Shown here: positions 10,429 through 21,900 of the stretch, in pieces
How the letters are laid out: each line of letters starts with the position of its first letter
Numbering within the stretch: the stretch's first letter is position 1
Assembly: GCA_965240325.2 (NCBI GenBank)
Contig: OZ251251.1
Coordinates: 434,001 to 498,000 of the forward strand
From: Rebecca billardiae RCC1528
Lineage: Eukaryota; Protista; Haptophyta
Length of the DNA: 64,000 bases
Direction: 5' to 3'
Made by a program: the position numbers and the translations under genes
The notes under the pieces: model-generated
Database searches by the model: none
What the model saw: the letters and a program-made list of their open reading frames with translations, nothing else
What the model was told of the DNA's origin: nothing

Positions 10429-10587
10429 ATATATGATCGATGACGATGCTTATACTGCTGATATATTACCGTGCCGTGAGCTTGTCAAACGCGAGCTCGT
10501 GCGCTGCCCTACGCGGGTGCCAGTTGGTCGTCGCGCGCTCGGGTGGCGAGTAGCGACCGCTGCTTCACTACTCCTTGCGAATGGCCA

Positions 10588-11480
10588 GGAGTCTCAGCTT
10601 CGTTTATTAAGGCTAGCTAGGTCCGCGTCCGCCGCGCAGGACGCGGGCGGGGGCACAGTCGTCGGGGCAGCGCCCCGGCCGCTGAGTACAAGTTTACTAA
10701 CTTAGGCCCGCGGCGGGCGAGCAGGCCCGGATGAAGAAAGGGTTTATATATTATTGGGCGCCGCCTAAGTTTATTAAATTTGGAGCAATAAATCTGCTGG
10801 CGGCGGCAGCATGCTGGTGTTGCATATGGATGCGCCGCGGTGTCAGTACTGGCCACTGGGACTCAGTCAGATTCGCGAATAAAGAAGTGGACTTGGGGCT
10901 GTACCCGGCGTAGTCGGGCCGCGCACGCCGCGTCCGCCACGGGCACGGGCTCGCCTCGGACCAGACGCGGACCTGACGAGCCGCGATCGTAGTCCTGGCG
11001 ATTCCTTAGTGTGACGACTATATACTGTAATAGCAGACGCTATATATGCGTACAGGCAATCGCGGGCAATAAGAAGTCAGAGATCTCACGGCTAGTCACT
11101 CAGTTTCGTGGCAGCCGCCGTTCGGTAGCCCGAGCGCCTACGGAGTCTCAATTTCATAGGTAGGTCCGCCCGCCGCGCAGGCGCGGGGGGCGCAGGGGGC
11201 AGAGCCCCCCGCCTGAGTCTAGGCCCTGCCGGCGAGGCCGAAGAAGAATTTTGATGGGCCATTTTGGAGCAAATATGATGGCATGATATCAGTGTTGCAT
11301 GGATGCCGCGGTGCACTGGCCAGGAGTCAGTCATGGGAGAAGTCGGGACTTGGCCTGTACTCGTAGTCGGGCCGCGCGCCGCGTCCCACAGGCACTGCTG
11401 CCCGTCGGCGGACCACGTCAGCCGCGACGACGTAGTCCCGGTTCAGTCCGTTAGTTAGTGTGACGCTATATGCGTATAGC
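10588..11480. repeat. Two diverged direct copies (about 10588-11050 and 11142-11480) of a repeat downstream of the 5S gene
   Basis: Collinear shared blocks: gagtctca, taggtccgc, ccgcgcagg, tttggagcaa, gtgttgcat, gtagtcgggccgcgc, cgtagtcc, ttagtgtgacg. They are separated by many short indels. Confidence 0.7.
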
Positions 11481-11493
11481 GAATCAGCCAATC

Positions 11494-11725
11494 GCTAGTC
11501 TCAGTTTCCAGGCCAAATCCGCAGATAGCAAGTGCCCCAGTTTCTTAACGTGACAGCTCCGCCTTATTGCCCGCGTGCCTGTATAGCGAACCAGCAGCCG
11601 CGCCACGCTAGTCTCGGCAGTTTCCACTTCTAGGCGGCCAGATCCGTCACAGATACCATTAGCTAGTTCCAGTTCCTTAACGTGTAACAGCTCCTTGTTA
11701 CCCCCATATTGCCCGCGATTGCCTG
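11494..11725. repeat. About 115-bp diverged tandem duplication with inverted homology to 11053-11070
   Basis: The series gctagtctc...cagttt...cttaacgtg...cagctcc...tattgcccgcg occurs twice. attgcccgcgattgcctg (11708) is the reverse complement of caggcaatcgcgggcaat (11053). Confidence 0.6.
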
Positions 11726-11805
11726 CTGCAGCCGGCAGCGCTGTGACACAGCGATTCGGACACAGACCGAGCCCTTCCGAGCACAGCGCAACAGCAGGCG
11801 GCGCG

Positions 11806-11813
11806 AACAAAAA
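11806..11813 (-). terminator. RNA polymerase III oligo-T terminator of the 5S gene
   Basis: TTTTTGTT at the 3' end of the 5S sequence on the minus strand. Confidence 0.8.
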
Positions 11814-11929
11814 CTACAGCAGGAAGACTTCGCCCGTGGTCCCCCACCGGACTACTACCTTCCCGGTTACGCGCTTAACTGCGGAGTTCGGATGGGATCC
11901 GGTGCTTTCGCGCACCTGTGGCCGTAGCT
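11812..11929 (-). rRNA. 5S rRNA: 5S ribosomal RNA gene (single dispersed copy)
   Basis: The minus strand reads AGCTACGGCCACAGGTGCGCGAAAGCACCGGATCCCATCCGAACTCCGCAGTTAAGCGCGTAACCGGGAAGGTAGTAGTCCGGTGGGGGACCACGGGCGAAGTCTTCCTGCTGTAGTT. It has the canonical GATCCCATCCGAAC, AGTTAAGC and TAGTA motifs, and the helices can pair. Confidence 0.95.
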
Positions 11930-13709
11930 GAGCGTCTCGTTCAAACAAGATGAGAAGAAAGTACAGCCGACGCTCAATTTTTCGACGACATGAAACATAA
12001 ACGGGGCGACGGGCCGAGTGAGTGACCATCAGAGTTTATATACGTAGTTACTGTCTGCTGAGCTGTGAGTGCGACGTCTCCGTTACTATAAAACAGCGGG
12101 GGCCTGGCGGCCTTGTCCCGATGGGGCTGGTCGAACACAGCGCGTCTAGGACGCGACGGAGAAGCTGGCGTTAGGGCCGGCAGACCCGACGACGATGGGA
12201 CGAGTTGGCCGTATAGTTCAGCGCTGTAGAACGGTATATCATCCGATGGCGCGCCACCCGTCGCGCGTGCGATACTGCGATTAAGCCCGAGGCGCGGCAG
12301 CGCGGCACTTCTCAGTGCAGTTTTGCAAGGCCCACCGAGGCGCACGGCGAGGCGCGCGTCGATGCAGTCGTCGCTGCGCACGGCCGCTCGGGCACGACGG
12401 CACGGCAACGGCACGCACCGCGGATGGCCCACCGGTCTGCAGGCGCGGGGCGACTGCAGGCGCGGGGCGAGCGGCGCAGGCCGGCCCGGCAGGGCACAAC
12501 CATGCCAGCGTAGACTCCTGCAGCCGTCGCTGAGCACGGCCCGTCGGGCACGACGTGGTACGAGCGGCTCGCGTCGGTGTGCATGTTGTGTTGTGCAGCT
12601 CGCGCCGGTGGGCACGCACCTCCGCGATGGCGCCGCGAGCCGCGGGCGGCGCGGGTGACGGACGAGCCAGGGCGAGTAGTAGTCGGGCAAGTCAACGTGG
12701 CGGCGAGCGGGTGCGGCTTATGGTAGGCTTGTGGTACGAGCTTCTCCATGAGCCCGTTCGTGCACGTCATCTGATGCGGTTGCGGCTGCTTGATCGCCGC
12801 CACGTGCCGCTGGATCTCCGCCAGATTGGCGCAGTTCCTCGCGACGCCGACGATGGCATCTGGCGCTGGGTACAGGCGGAGGGTGAGTCCCGGAGGCCCG
12901 CGGAGCTCAGATCCTCCGGTCGCGCGCATGTGTGCTGAGCGCGAGTGCCGGCAGCGTCGTCGAGCCACGCCGGCTGAGCGCTATCTGCGTGTCGCGCGCG
13001 GCCGTATTCGCCTCCTGCAGCAGCGCGCGCTCGTCCGTCATACTCAATCGTGTGTGCCGAGCGCACGCGGCGCGGCGGCGAAAGCACTCGTGCGTCGCGG
13101 TTCCTCGACTTGGGGGAGCGGATGGTCGTAGAAAAGCGTCAACAAATAGGTGGGAATCGCAACGACATCCCTATGGCGCGCGCTCAAAAAGGTAACGACA
13201 TGCGTTCTCGATTCCCGAGGCGTGCCTAATCAAAAAACGTTTGAGGCCCCATTCTTCGTATTCCTACTCTGGTATTACTTTCCCCATCAGTAGGTGACAC
13301 CCAACTAAAGGGGGTCGGAGCTGGGTCTCCCGGGGCTTTGTCACGCGAATTAAAATTGTTTAAAGCTGCTGTGTTCACCAGAATAAATCGTCATTATTAT
13401 TCGCTACTGTAGCTTATTATTAGTTACCGAAACGACTGTAGCTACGACACGATATACGTACGCATGTAATAATAATATAATAATAAATCCGCGCCCATCA
13501 CTCGCTGCTACTGCTGTCGTCTACTGACGAGTGACGAGTAAGCCAACACCGGTACACCGGCAGGGCCGCGCGCCGCCTCGGCATATCGCTACGCGCTGCG
13601 GCCTAGATGGCCCTGAGGCCTGAGGCTGCGCGCCCGCCACCCGTTCATGCCGCGGCCAGCGTTTGATGGCGCCGGCGTTATTCCGACGAGGACCGGGCTA
13701 TACATAAAA

Positions 13710-14822
13710 CTAGCTACCGCCAACATCATGGCCGCCATTATTAGCATTCTCCGGCGGCGGCGCGGTCGCCGGCGCGGATGATGACGATGACGATGATCGA
13801 TGACGATGCCTAGGGCTGTCGATGATGTCATCGTCGTGATCGTCCTGCTGCACGTACCACTCGGGGTGGCTCTCGGGCGACCTGGGGTCGAAGTGGTAGT
13901 CGACGAGGAGCTCCTCGCCCGCCGCGATCTCGCGTAGGCTCACGAGCGCGATCACGCCTCTCGCGCGCGCCGCGCCCTTGCCCATGGCTGACGTGTTGGG
14001 CCAGGCCACAGGCGACGCGCGCGGCGTGGCGGCGGGTGTCGCCAACAGCGCCGGCGAGCTCACTGGGTACAGCATGCAGTTTGGGACCTGCCCGCGCGGC
14101 GGGTGGTTGCACAGGCTGGCCAGCGTGTGCGGCGCGCCCACGTGCGCAAGCACCGCATCGGCATCCCACCGGCCGGCAAGCTGCGACGCGCCGGCGCGCG
14201 CGTGGCCCGAGCAGGCCCTGCCGTCGATCAGGTAGCCGTCACGCCGCGCGTACATGTAGTCGTTCCCCTGCAGTACGCGGCGCAGGTCCCACGGCCGCCA
14301 GCGCGAGTAGAGCGGGCCACCGTACATCGTGACCACCGCGCCTGCAGGCACCGTGCCGCGAGCGAAGAGGCCCGCGCCACCGCCGGCGATGGCGGAGGGC
14401 TGCTCGTGCGCGGAGAAGCCGCGGGCGGCGTGGACGCACTCGTCGAGCTCGGAGGGCGTCAACGCTGGCATTCGGGCGCGGCACGCGTCCACTGCGGCGA
14501 GCAGCTCGCCCGCGCCATCACCAACGTGCGCCGCATTCGAGGCTTTCGTGTGCGCGCGACCCGCGGCCGCGGCCGCGGCGCCGGCAGCTCGATCGTCACC
14601 GCTCGCCTGCGAGAGCACGCGGTGGAGGATGCGCTGGTCTGCCGGCGCGATGTCGTCTCGGAGGGCGTGCGCCGCAACCTCGGCTGCAACCTGGAACGCC
14701 AGCACCGCGGCGCCCACGCGGGCGACGTTCGCCGCCGCCGTCGCTGCCCGCTCCATGCCGCCCAAGATGCGCGGGTGCTGGCAGCGGCGATGCAGCTTCC
14801 CGGGCGCGACAAACCGTCGCAT
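13710..14822 (-). CDS. SET-domain protein, SETD9-like (alternative start at 14756)
   Basis: GAGLFARGTVPAGAVVTMYGG, YMYARRDGYLIDG, LASLCNHPP...PNC and LVSLREIAAGEELLVDY are the SET motifs (GxG, NH, ELxxDY) in a SETD9-type arrangement. Confidence 0.8.
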   Translation of the reverse strand: MRRFVAPGKLHRRCQHPRILGGMERAATAAANVARVGAAVLAFQVAAEVAAHALRDDIAPADQRILHRVLSQASGDDRAAGAAAAAAGRAHTKASNAAHVGDGAGELLAAVDACRARMPALTPSELDECVHAARGFSAHEQPSAIAGGGAGLFARGTVPAGAVVTMYGGPLYSRWRPWDLRRVLQGNDYMYARRDGYLIDGRACSGHARAGASQLAGRWDADAVLAHVGAPHTLASLCNHPPRGQVPNCMLYPVSSPALLATPAATPRASPVAWPNTSAMGKGAARARGVIALVSLREIAAGEELLVDYHFDPRSPESHPEWYVQQDDHDDDIIDSPRHRHRSSSSSSSAPATAPPPENANNGGHDVGGS

Positions 14823-15314
14823 TCTCGTACATCACTGCATGGCCATCACCGATCACGCACGTCAACGGGGCGTCATAATCATCGACGTTCGGATACATAC
14901 GGCTATTGGGTTACTGCATCAATATACTATGCCGCTGCTGTATTGTACAGTCCGTTCGTTTGACCAAGGGGCTGGCCGATACACAACCCTTAGACCACTC
15001 TGCGCGTGGCCATGGGGCGGGACCCATGCTCTGCGAGCGCATGGTTTCACCACTCAGATCGAGCGAGCCGGGTGTACACATATCACTATCGGGGCGGCCG
15101 GGTGTACACGTAATAAAAATATCTATGATGACTACGTATCACGTGCAGAGTGGCACTATAGCGCGATGCAATACGCAGACTACGATGACTGATGATTGAT
15201 AGATCGATAATAATAAGGACGATATGACTACGACGACGATGACGCGCGCGTGATATGTAGTGTGTACGCACGTGCTGCGGAGTGATGACTGATGGCATCC
15301 TTAGATGGCGCTGA

Positions 15315-15695
15315 TATACACGTATATATATAAATATATATATATATGTTTATATACTAATTCTATGCTTTACAGACACAGGCACGAGGGCGCAGCTCTC
15401 CTGCTGATTCGCGTCTGTCGAAGTACTGATATTGGAGACAGAGGGTGTGAGCGCGTTGGCCGCGGGTCAGAGGTTAAGGTAGTCGTCGCCGATACTATAC
15501 TACAGATCGATATCCGAGCAGCAATTAGTATTATTTGCTATATATACAATATAGTAGATATATATATATATATATATAGATATCTATATATCTATATAGT
15601 ACATATGTGTACGTGTGTGTGTGTGTGTGTGTGTGTGTATAGTGACGATTATGGTGCATATTTACATAAGATGTTATATATATATATATATATAA
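15315..15695. repeat. AT-rich spacer with (TA)n and (TG)n microsatellites
   Basis: Runs are directly visible at about 15323-15347, 15557-15598, 15613-15638 and 15675-15694. Confidence 0.85.
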
Positions 15696-15941
15696 CGTTG
15701 CCGATGCGGATGACGCGGCGTCGCCATCTGCCTGCCTTGCGCCGACGACGCCCGCCGCACAGTCGTCAGCTCGCAAGCCGCAGGGCCAGGGGTGTGCGAC
15801 AGCACGAAGCCGCGGCGCGGCGCGTCACGCGGTCTGCTGCGCGCGCCGTGCTGACCGCGCCGCAGCCTCCATCACCTGCGAGCGAGCTGCTCACATCGCG
15901 CGCAGCCTCCAGGCTCGTGCGCGCGCGCGCACGCACGCCGC

Positions 15942-18094
15942 CTACTTGCGCGGGTCGAGGACGGCGATGTCCTTCTCGTCGAAGAGCCTCGGCACGATGT
16001 ACAGCCGCACCGGCACGAGCGCGGCGATGAGGAACGGCATGGCGCCGCCCGCGCCCACGTAGCGCAGCACGACGATCACCACGAAGCACGCGAGCTGCAG
16101 GCAGGTGAACTTGTGGATCGTCGGCACCTCGAGCTGCTCCACCCAGTCCTCGTCCGGCCACCGGTCCATCTCCCACGTGGCGAAGAGGAACATGCGCGTG
16201 AACATGTTGTTGCCGCGGATCGACGACATGCCGAGGTAGAGGAAAATGCCGATGATGAGGTACTGCGGCACGAGCTTGAGCAGCGGCGTGAGCGCGAGCG
16301 AGACGAACATGAAGAGGTGCACGATCAGGTGCGTGAAGCGCTGCTCCACCATGCCCACCACGCGCGTCTCGCGGTTGCCCTCCTCGTCCGTGACCGTCTC
16401 GTAGATCGTGAGCGCGAACACGTGCGCGAGCGAGCGCACGGTCGCCGCGTGCGTGAAGGGAAGGCCGATCAGGGAGAGCAGCGGGTACATGCCCGCGCCG
16501 CACACGAACAGGTCGAGGTGGTAGCCTGCGGGGGCGGTCGGGGCACGGCGCGGGGTGTGGGCCGTGGGCGGCACGGTGAGCGCGGCGCGCACGGCAGTCG
16601 GCACGCACCCCTGCGAGCGCGGGCGGGGCGGGGAGCGCGCGCCGTCCGCACAGGCGGCAGGCAGCATGCGGCGGGGCGGGGCGGGCGCGCGCACCGGGCG
16701 ACTTCTTCCACAGGCGCTCGCGCTTGTTCACGATCACCTCCGTCAGGTTCTGGTCGAGGTAGCCGAGGATCGTCAGGCCCGCGGCGAACGGGATCGTGAG
16801 GAACACGGCCCAGAACTGCTCGGCGCGCACGGCCGCGGACGAAGGGGCGGCGTGAGGGGTCAGTCAGGTGCGCACGGAGCGCGGCGGAGCGGCGGGCGCA
16901 GCCGCGCGGCGCCGCACGCCGTGCGCGCGCCGCGGTGCGCGCGCGCGCGCCGCGCACCGGGAACGGCTTCTCGATGCCGGACGGGTCGACCATCCACGGG
17001 CGCGGCTGGCCGTTGCTGAGCGTGAGCGTCGGGCGGACCGAGTCGGGCACGTTGAGGAACTGCAGGTCGGTGATGCCCATCGCGGGGATGACGAGGTTGG
17101 TGATGAGCGTGCCGAGGAAGATCACGATCACGACGCCGTAGTTGGAGATGTGCTTGCGCCACGTCTTGTTGAACCAGTCGGACGCGCGCAGGTCGCGGAA
17201 CTTGACGCACGAGATGTACGTGCACGCGGTGAGGATGGCCGAGAAGAGCTGCGTGCCGAGCGTGCGGTCCGAGAGGAAGATGCGGATGATGGCCGTGAGC
17301 GCGGCGGCGATCTCGAGCACCGAGACGATCGACGAGAAGATCTCCTCCGTGAACTGCGTCACGTACTTCATCAGCGCGCACCAGTCGAGCACGGCGCACA
17401 GCACGGTCATCACCGCGGTGAACATGCCCTGCCACCAGCGCGCGGGCAAGAACTCCACGCCGAGCTGCTGGCACAGCTGGTAGAAGACGATGGTGTACGC
17501 GAGCTCGGGGCCGGTCGCGCCCATGATGGTGAGCGGCTGCCCCGAGAAGAGCGCGTAGATCACGCCGCAGATCGCCGTCGAGAGCACCGTCTCGATGATG
17601 CCCACCTGGCCCTCGGTCGCGACGTCGAAGAGCGCGCCGAACGCGAGCGCGGGCGCGTAGCACGCGAAGAAGAGGAAGATCGACGCCGGCGCCACCATCG
17701 CAAAGTTGCCGTTCGTGAACGCGTCCGTCCAGTCCGAGAGGTACGTCTTCGGGTTCATGCGCCGCTTGATGTCGATCATGAGGCCGCCGAGGAACCACTT
17801 GCCCGACCACTCGAGCGGGCCCGGCATGCCGTCGCCCTCCCACGGGTCGACGATCACCTGCTTCTTGCTCTGCATCTCCACGTCCGCCGTCGCGGCGGGC
17901 GGCGTCTTGGGCACGTCCATGCCGGCGGGCTTGCGCCTCGGCGAGTTCTTGCCCGAGCGCGCCGGCGAGCGGCCGTACATGGGCGACGCCTCGGGAGGGG
18001 GCAGGTGGTCGCCCACGGGGATGTTGTTGTTGCGGCGGTTGTCATCCACCTCGGCGTTGTACGGCATGTCGCCGCTCGCGTTGAAGGTCGACAT
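15942..18094 (-). CDS. SLC4: SLC4-family bicarbonate/borate transporter, 3 exons (18094-16958, 16815-16695, 16525-15942), about 613 aa
   Basis: Signature motifs: YLSDWTDA, FLFFACYAPALAFG, FSGQPLTIMGATGP, TQFTEEIF, DQNLT, KKSPGYHLDL (rebuilt across intron 2), AATVRSLAHV, VEQR and GIFLYLG. The GT-AG introns keep the frame. Confidence 0.93.
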
Positions 18095-18119
18095 GGCGGA
18101 GCGGTGGCGCGCGCAGAGC

Positions 18120-18321
18120 CTGCGGTCGCGCGGAGCGCGGGTCGACGCCGCGGGCGCGCGCGCAGGAGGGGGAGCGTGAGCGGCGGGCGTGGGCAGGCGC
18201 GGGGCGCGCACGTGGCAGCCGCGGTGGAAGGCGATGCGCGCGCGCGCGCACGCGTGCGCGTCGCGCGTCGGGCGCGCGAGCGGCGCACGGTCGTGTCGCA
18301 CGGCGCGGACGGAAGGCGCAC
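18120..18321 (-). other. Probable 5'-UTR intron of the SLC4 gene
   Basis: AAG|GTGCGC donor at 18321 and CCGCAG acceptor at 18120. The GC-rich interior resembles the other introns, and it ends 25 nt before the ATG. Confidence 0.55.
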
Positions 18322-18993
18322 CTTTGGGTCCCTCAAGCACACGGATCGATGTTGTTCGAGCTCGACAGTGAGGTTGGGCCCGTGGAACCTTTGGCGCATC
18401 CAGCGAATCTCTGCGCCTAAAACTACCTCAAAGTGCTAAAATTCATCTAGCAACCGGCTTAAACGTACTAATGTTCGCACCGAGCTTCGGCAAGTCAAAC
18501 ATCATCGGCATGTGCAAGCCATGTGAGACGTCATGGTTAACAGTAGCACCGCCGGTCAAAGCCCTATGATACGAAGGGCATCCCAACCGGTCATACGAAC
18601 CGCCTGCTGGTGATTTCGACTGCGCCGATGCATCAGAGCTCGCCGAAGGCAGCGAGGCTTGGCCGAGACCTGAATGATGAGTCGACGACGATTGCAACAA
18701 GCTCGCATGAGCACATCATTCCGCCGTGTGCTCTAGCTATGAAGAGGATTATGATACGCGAATCAATAATTCCATCGGCGGATTCTCAGTGATCTGTTAC
18801 TCACTTCATCAGTACAGGGGGTCCATCAGATTAATGAGTATACTGCATTGACTGTACACTTACCATAGTCCTTACCCCCATACTAGATTCGATTAGTGGC
18901 GGGTCGCCGGGTCGATCACCGCCGGTCGGCACCGCTGTCGACTCGGTCAGACACTGACAGTCGTCACGTTCACAGCGCTAGCACTGCGACGAC

Positions 18994-21900
18994 TCACAGC
19001 AGCATGGTCCTGCGGAGCGCGCGCGCGCGCGTGCGCTCGTCCTCCCACTCCGCGCGGCTCACCCAGAGCGGGCTGAACGCGCCCAGCGTCGTGAGCATGC
19101 TGCCGCCCCGCCACGCGCCGTGCGGGTGGGAGGTGCTGACGGCTGGCGGCTGCTGGACGGACGGCACGCACGCGGAGGCACCGACGATGTGGCGCGGGGC
19201 GCGGCGGCGGATCAGCAGCGGGCGCGCGGCAGGCAGCGCGCGCGGCGCGGGCGGCGTGCGCGGGCTCGGCGACGCGCGCGCGCTCACCATCGGAGCCCCC
19301 GGCTCGTCTGGGCTCTGGACGCGACCGTGGCCGTGGGCATGGCGGCGGTGCCGCGGCGCCGCGCCGCGGAGCTCCGACTCAAGCCTCGCGCCCAGCCCGC
19401 GCAGACGCGCGCCCGGCCCCGACACGACCACCCCGCGATACAGCGCCCCCCGCACTGCCCGGTCGCAGCCTGCAATGGCGGCGCGCACGAGCTCAGGCAG
19501 CGAGCAGCGCGCCGCCTCGGCATCGCAGTCGAGGGCCGTGGCGTTGGGAGCGCGCGCGCCCTCGGCGTCGGCACCGCCGCCGTCCGCAGCCGCCGGGCCG
19601 TCGGCCCGGTCGAGGCCAGTCCGGGTCTCCGCGAAAGTCCGGGAGAAGAGGGCGTCCGAGCCGTGCCAGCACGCGCGCCGCACGCTGGCGGGCATCGGCG
19701 GCGCGTCGTCAGTCGCGCCCGCAACCGCCGTCGCGTTGTCCGCCGTCGCGCTTGTGAGGTTGGCGCGCGGCTCGGCGGAACCGCCGCCCTCGGGCGCGCG
19801 CGGGCGCACGGCGCAGAGGCCGTGCGCGAGCGCAGCGCGCAGCAGGCCTGCCAGCCCAGCCTCGGCCTCAGCCGCCGCCCCTGCCACTGCGCCCGCCGCC
19901 GCCGCCGCCGCCTCCGCCTGTTTGGCCGCGCTGCTCCGCTCGGCGCCGGCGTGCGCGCCCGGTGCGGCGGTGCCGTTGCGCGCCGCGCGCGCGCGCAGCC
20001 GGCGCAGCTCCCGGCGCAGCCACGCGACCCCGGCCGCGTCCAGCGCGCCGCCGAGCCTGCCGCGCACGTGCGCGAGCCCGAGGCGGTGCGCGCCGCGCGC
20101 CCGGCCGGCCAGCGGCAGTCCTTCCACCACCGGTACCGCCCACGCGCCGCGCTCGCCCACCGCCAGAAGCACCCCGGTGCTGTGGCCGCCGTGCTGCAGG
20201 GCGAGCGCGGCGGCGGACGCGACGTGCGCGGCGCGGACGCGCGCGCCACGGAGCAGCTCGCCCACCGCCGCGCCGCGCGCCAGGGCCGCCGAGCCCGGCG
20301 GCTCGAGCAGCAGCACGGCGCGCGCGGCGGCGCCCGGCGCGGGCGAGCCGCGCGCCAGGCCAAGCGCCGGGTGTCGCAGCGCGCGCGCCGCCGCGGCCGC
20401 GAGGCCGGGCCACTCGGGGCCAAGGGCGGGCGCGTCGGCGCCTGCGCGCGGGGCGCGGGGCGGGCGGAGGGTGGCGGAGGGCGCGGCCGCGCTCGTCAGG
20501 GCGCGCGCGGCCCCGCGCAGCGAGGCAGGCAGCACGGGCGCGGGGCGCGGGCGCGCGCGCATGCGGCCGCGCGGGCGCGGCGCGCGCGCGACGCCGCTGC
20601 GCGCGCGCGCACCCGCGGCTAGGGGGCGGCGGTCGCCGAGCGCCGGGCGCGGCGGCGCGCGGAGCACGACGCGGGGCGCGCCCTCGCCGCCAAAGCCGGC
20701 AGCCATCGTGCCGTCCTCCTCCAGCTGCAGGACGATCGGCGGCAGCGCGCCGCGCGCGCCGGGCGCGCGCCCGCCGATCAGGCGGCGCCGCTGCCGACGC
20801 GGTTGGCTGTGGGCTGCGCCGTCGCCGGCAGCCGCCGCGGCGCTGTCCGCCGTGCCGCGCGCGCCGTCGACGGAACGAGGCCGCGCGGGCGCGCGGCCCT
20901 CGGCGCCACGCGCCCGCGCACGCGCCGAGACGGCGCTGACCGGCCCCAGCCCGTGCGGATGGCCGTTGGCGTCGGCGCGAGCGCGGGCGCGCGCTGTGTC
21001 ATTGTTTGGCGGCGCGCCGCCGCGCGCGCGCGCACTCGGCAAGCCCAGCGCGCCGCCGCTGCGGTGCGCGCGGCGGTGGTGGTGGGGGCCGTGCGCGCGG
21101 TGCGCGCGGTGCGCGAGCCCGCGCGCCTCGAGCGGGCCCCTCTCGCCACCATGCCCGCCGCCGTGTGCGCCCCCGCCGCTGTGTGCGCCGCCGCCGCCGT
21201 GTGCGCGCCACGCGCCCTCCTGGCCGCGGCCGCGGCGCGGCCGCAGCGTCGCCAGCAGGGCGCGCAGCGGCGCGCGCGCGCGCTCGAGCGCCGACGGCGG
21301 CGGCGGGCGCGGCGGCGAGTCGCGCGCGAGCTCGTCCAGATCGCGATCTCGTGCCTCGGGCTCGGCAGCATGCTTCTCCCCCCCAGGCGAGGGCGCGCGG
21401 CGCGCTGCACTCTGCGCGTCCGGCCCGTCTGCGCGCGCGAGCGCGGCGGCATGCGCGGCTTCGGCGGCGTCAACCTCGTCGCCGCCGGTGGCGCTCGAGC
21501 TCGCGATCTCGTCGTCCGCACTCGATATCGCGATCTGGACGAGGTCGAACCTCAGGTCGGCGACGCGCGCGGCCGCGCCCGCGTCCGCGCCGCGCGCGCC
21601 GAGCAGCGCGGCGCGCAGCGCGACCGGGTCGTCGTAACGGCCGTCGTAACGGCCGCGCTGGCGGTGCACGGCGCGCGCGCCGGCGCCGTCGTGCGCCGCG
21701 CCGCCCGGCGCGCGCGCACGCGCGTACCGCTGCGCGAACGCGTCGCGCGCCCGCTCGATCGCCGCGCGCAGCTCGAGGCCGAGCTGCGCGTCAGCCCAAA
21801 ACTGGCGCGGCGTGCGGAGCCGCGGGTGGCGGCGCAGCGCGTCCTTGCCCATCCGCGCCTCGTAGCACTGCAGCAGCGCGGCGGTGGCGTTGGGCGGCGA

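Noticed and set aside
8722-10429. Conventional TG...CA LTR retrotransposon or solo LTRs
   Set aside because: The terminal T and A belong to the TA flanks and are missing at the internal junction (CAC|GTC). There is no 4-6-bp TSD and the repeat order is split.
12207-12290. tRNA-like sequence (GGCCGTATAGTTCAGCGCTGTAGAAC)
   Set aside because: The D-arm looks plausible, but there is no TTCGA T-loop, anticodon stem or acceptor pairing.
12312-13041. Possible frameshifted minus-strand gene fragment (MTDERALLQE... / LYPAPDAIVGVARNC...)
   Set aside because: No recognisable domain or consistent splice model, so I cannot support a gene or pseudogene call.
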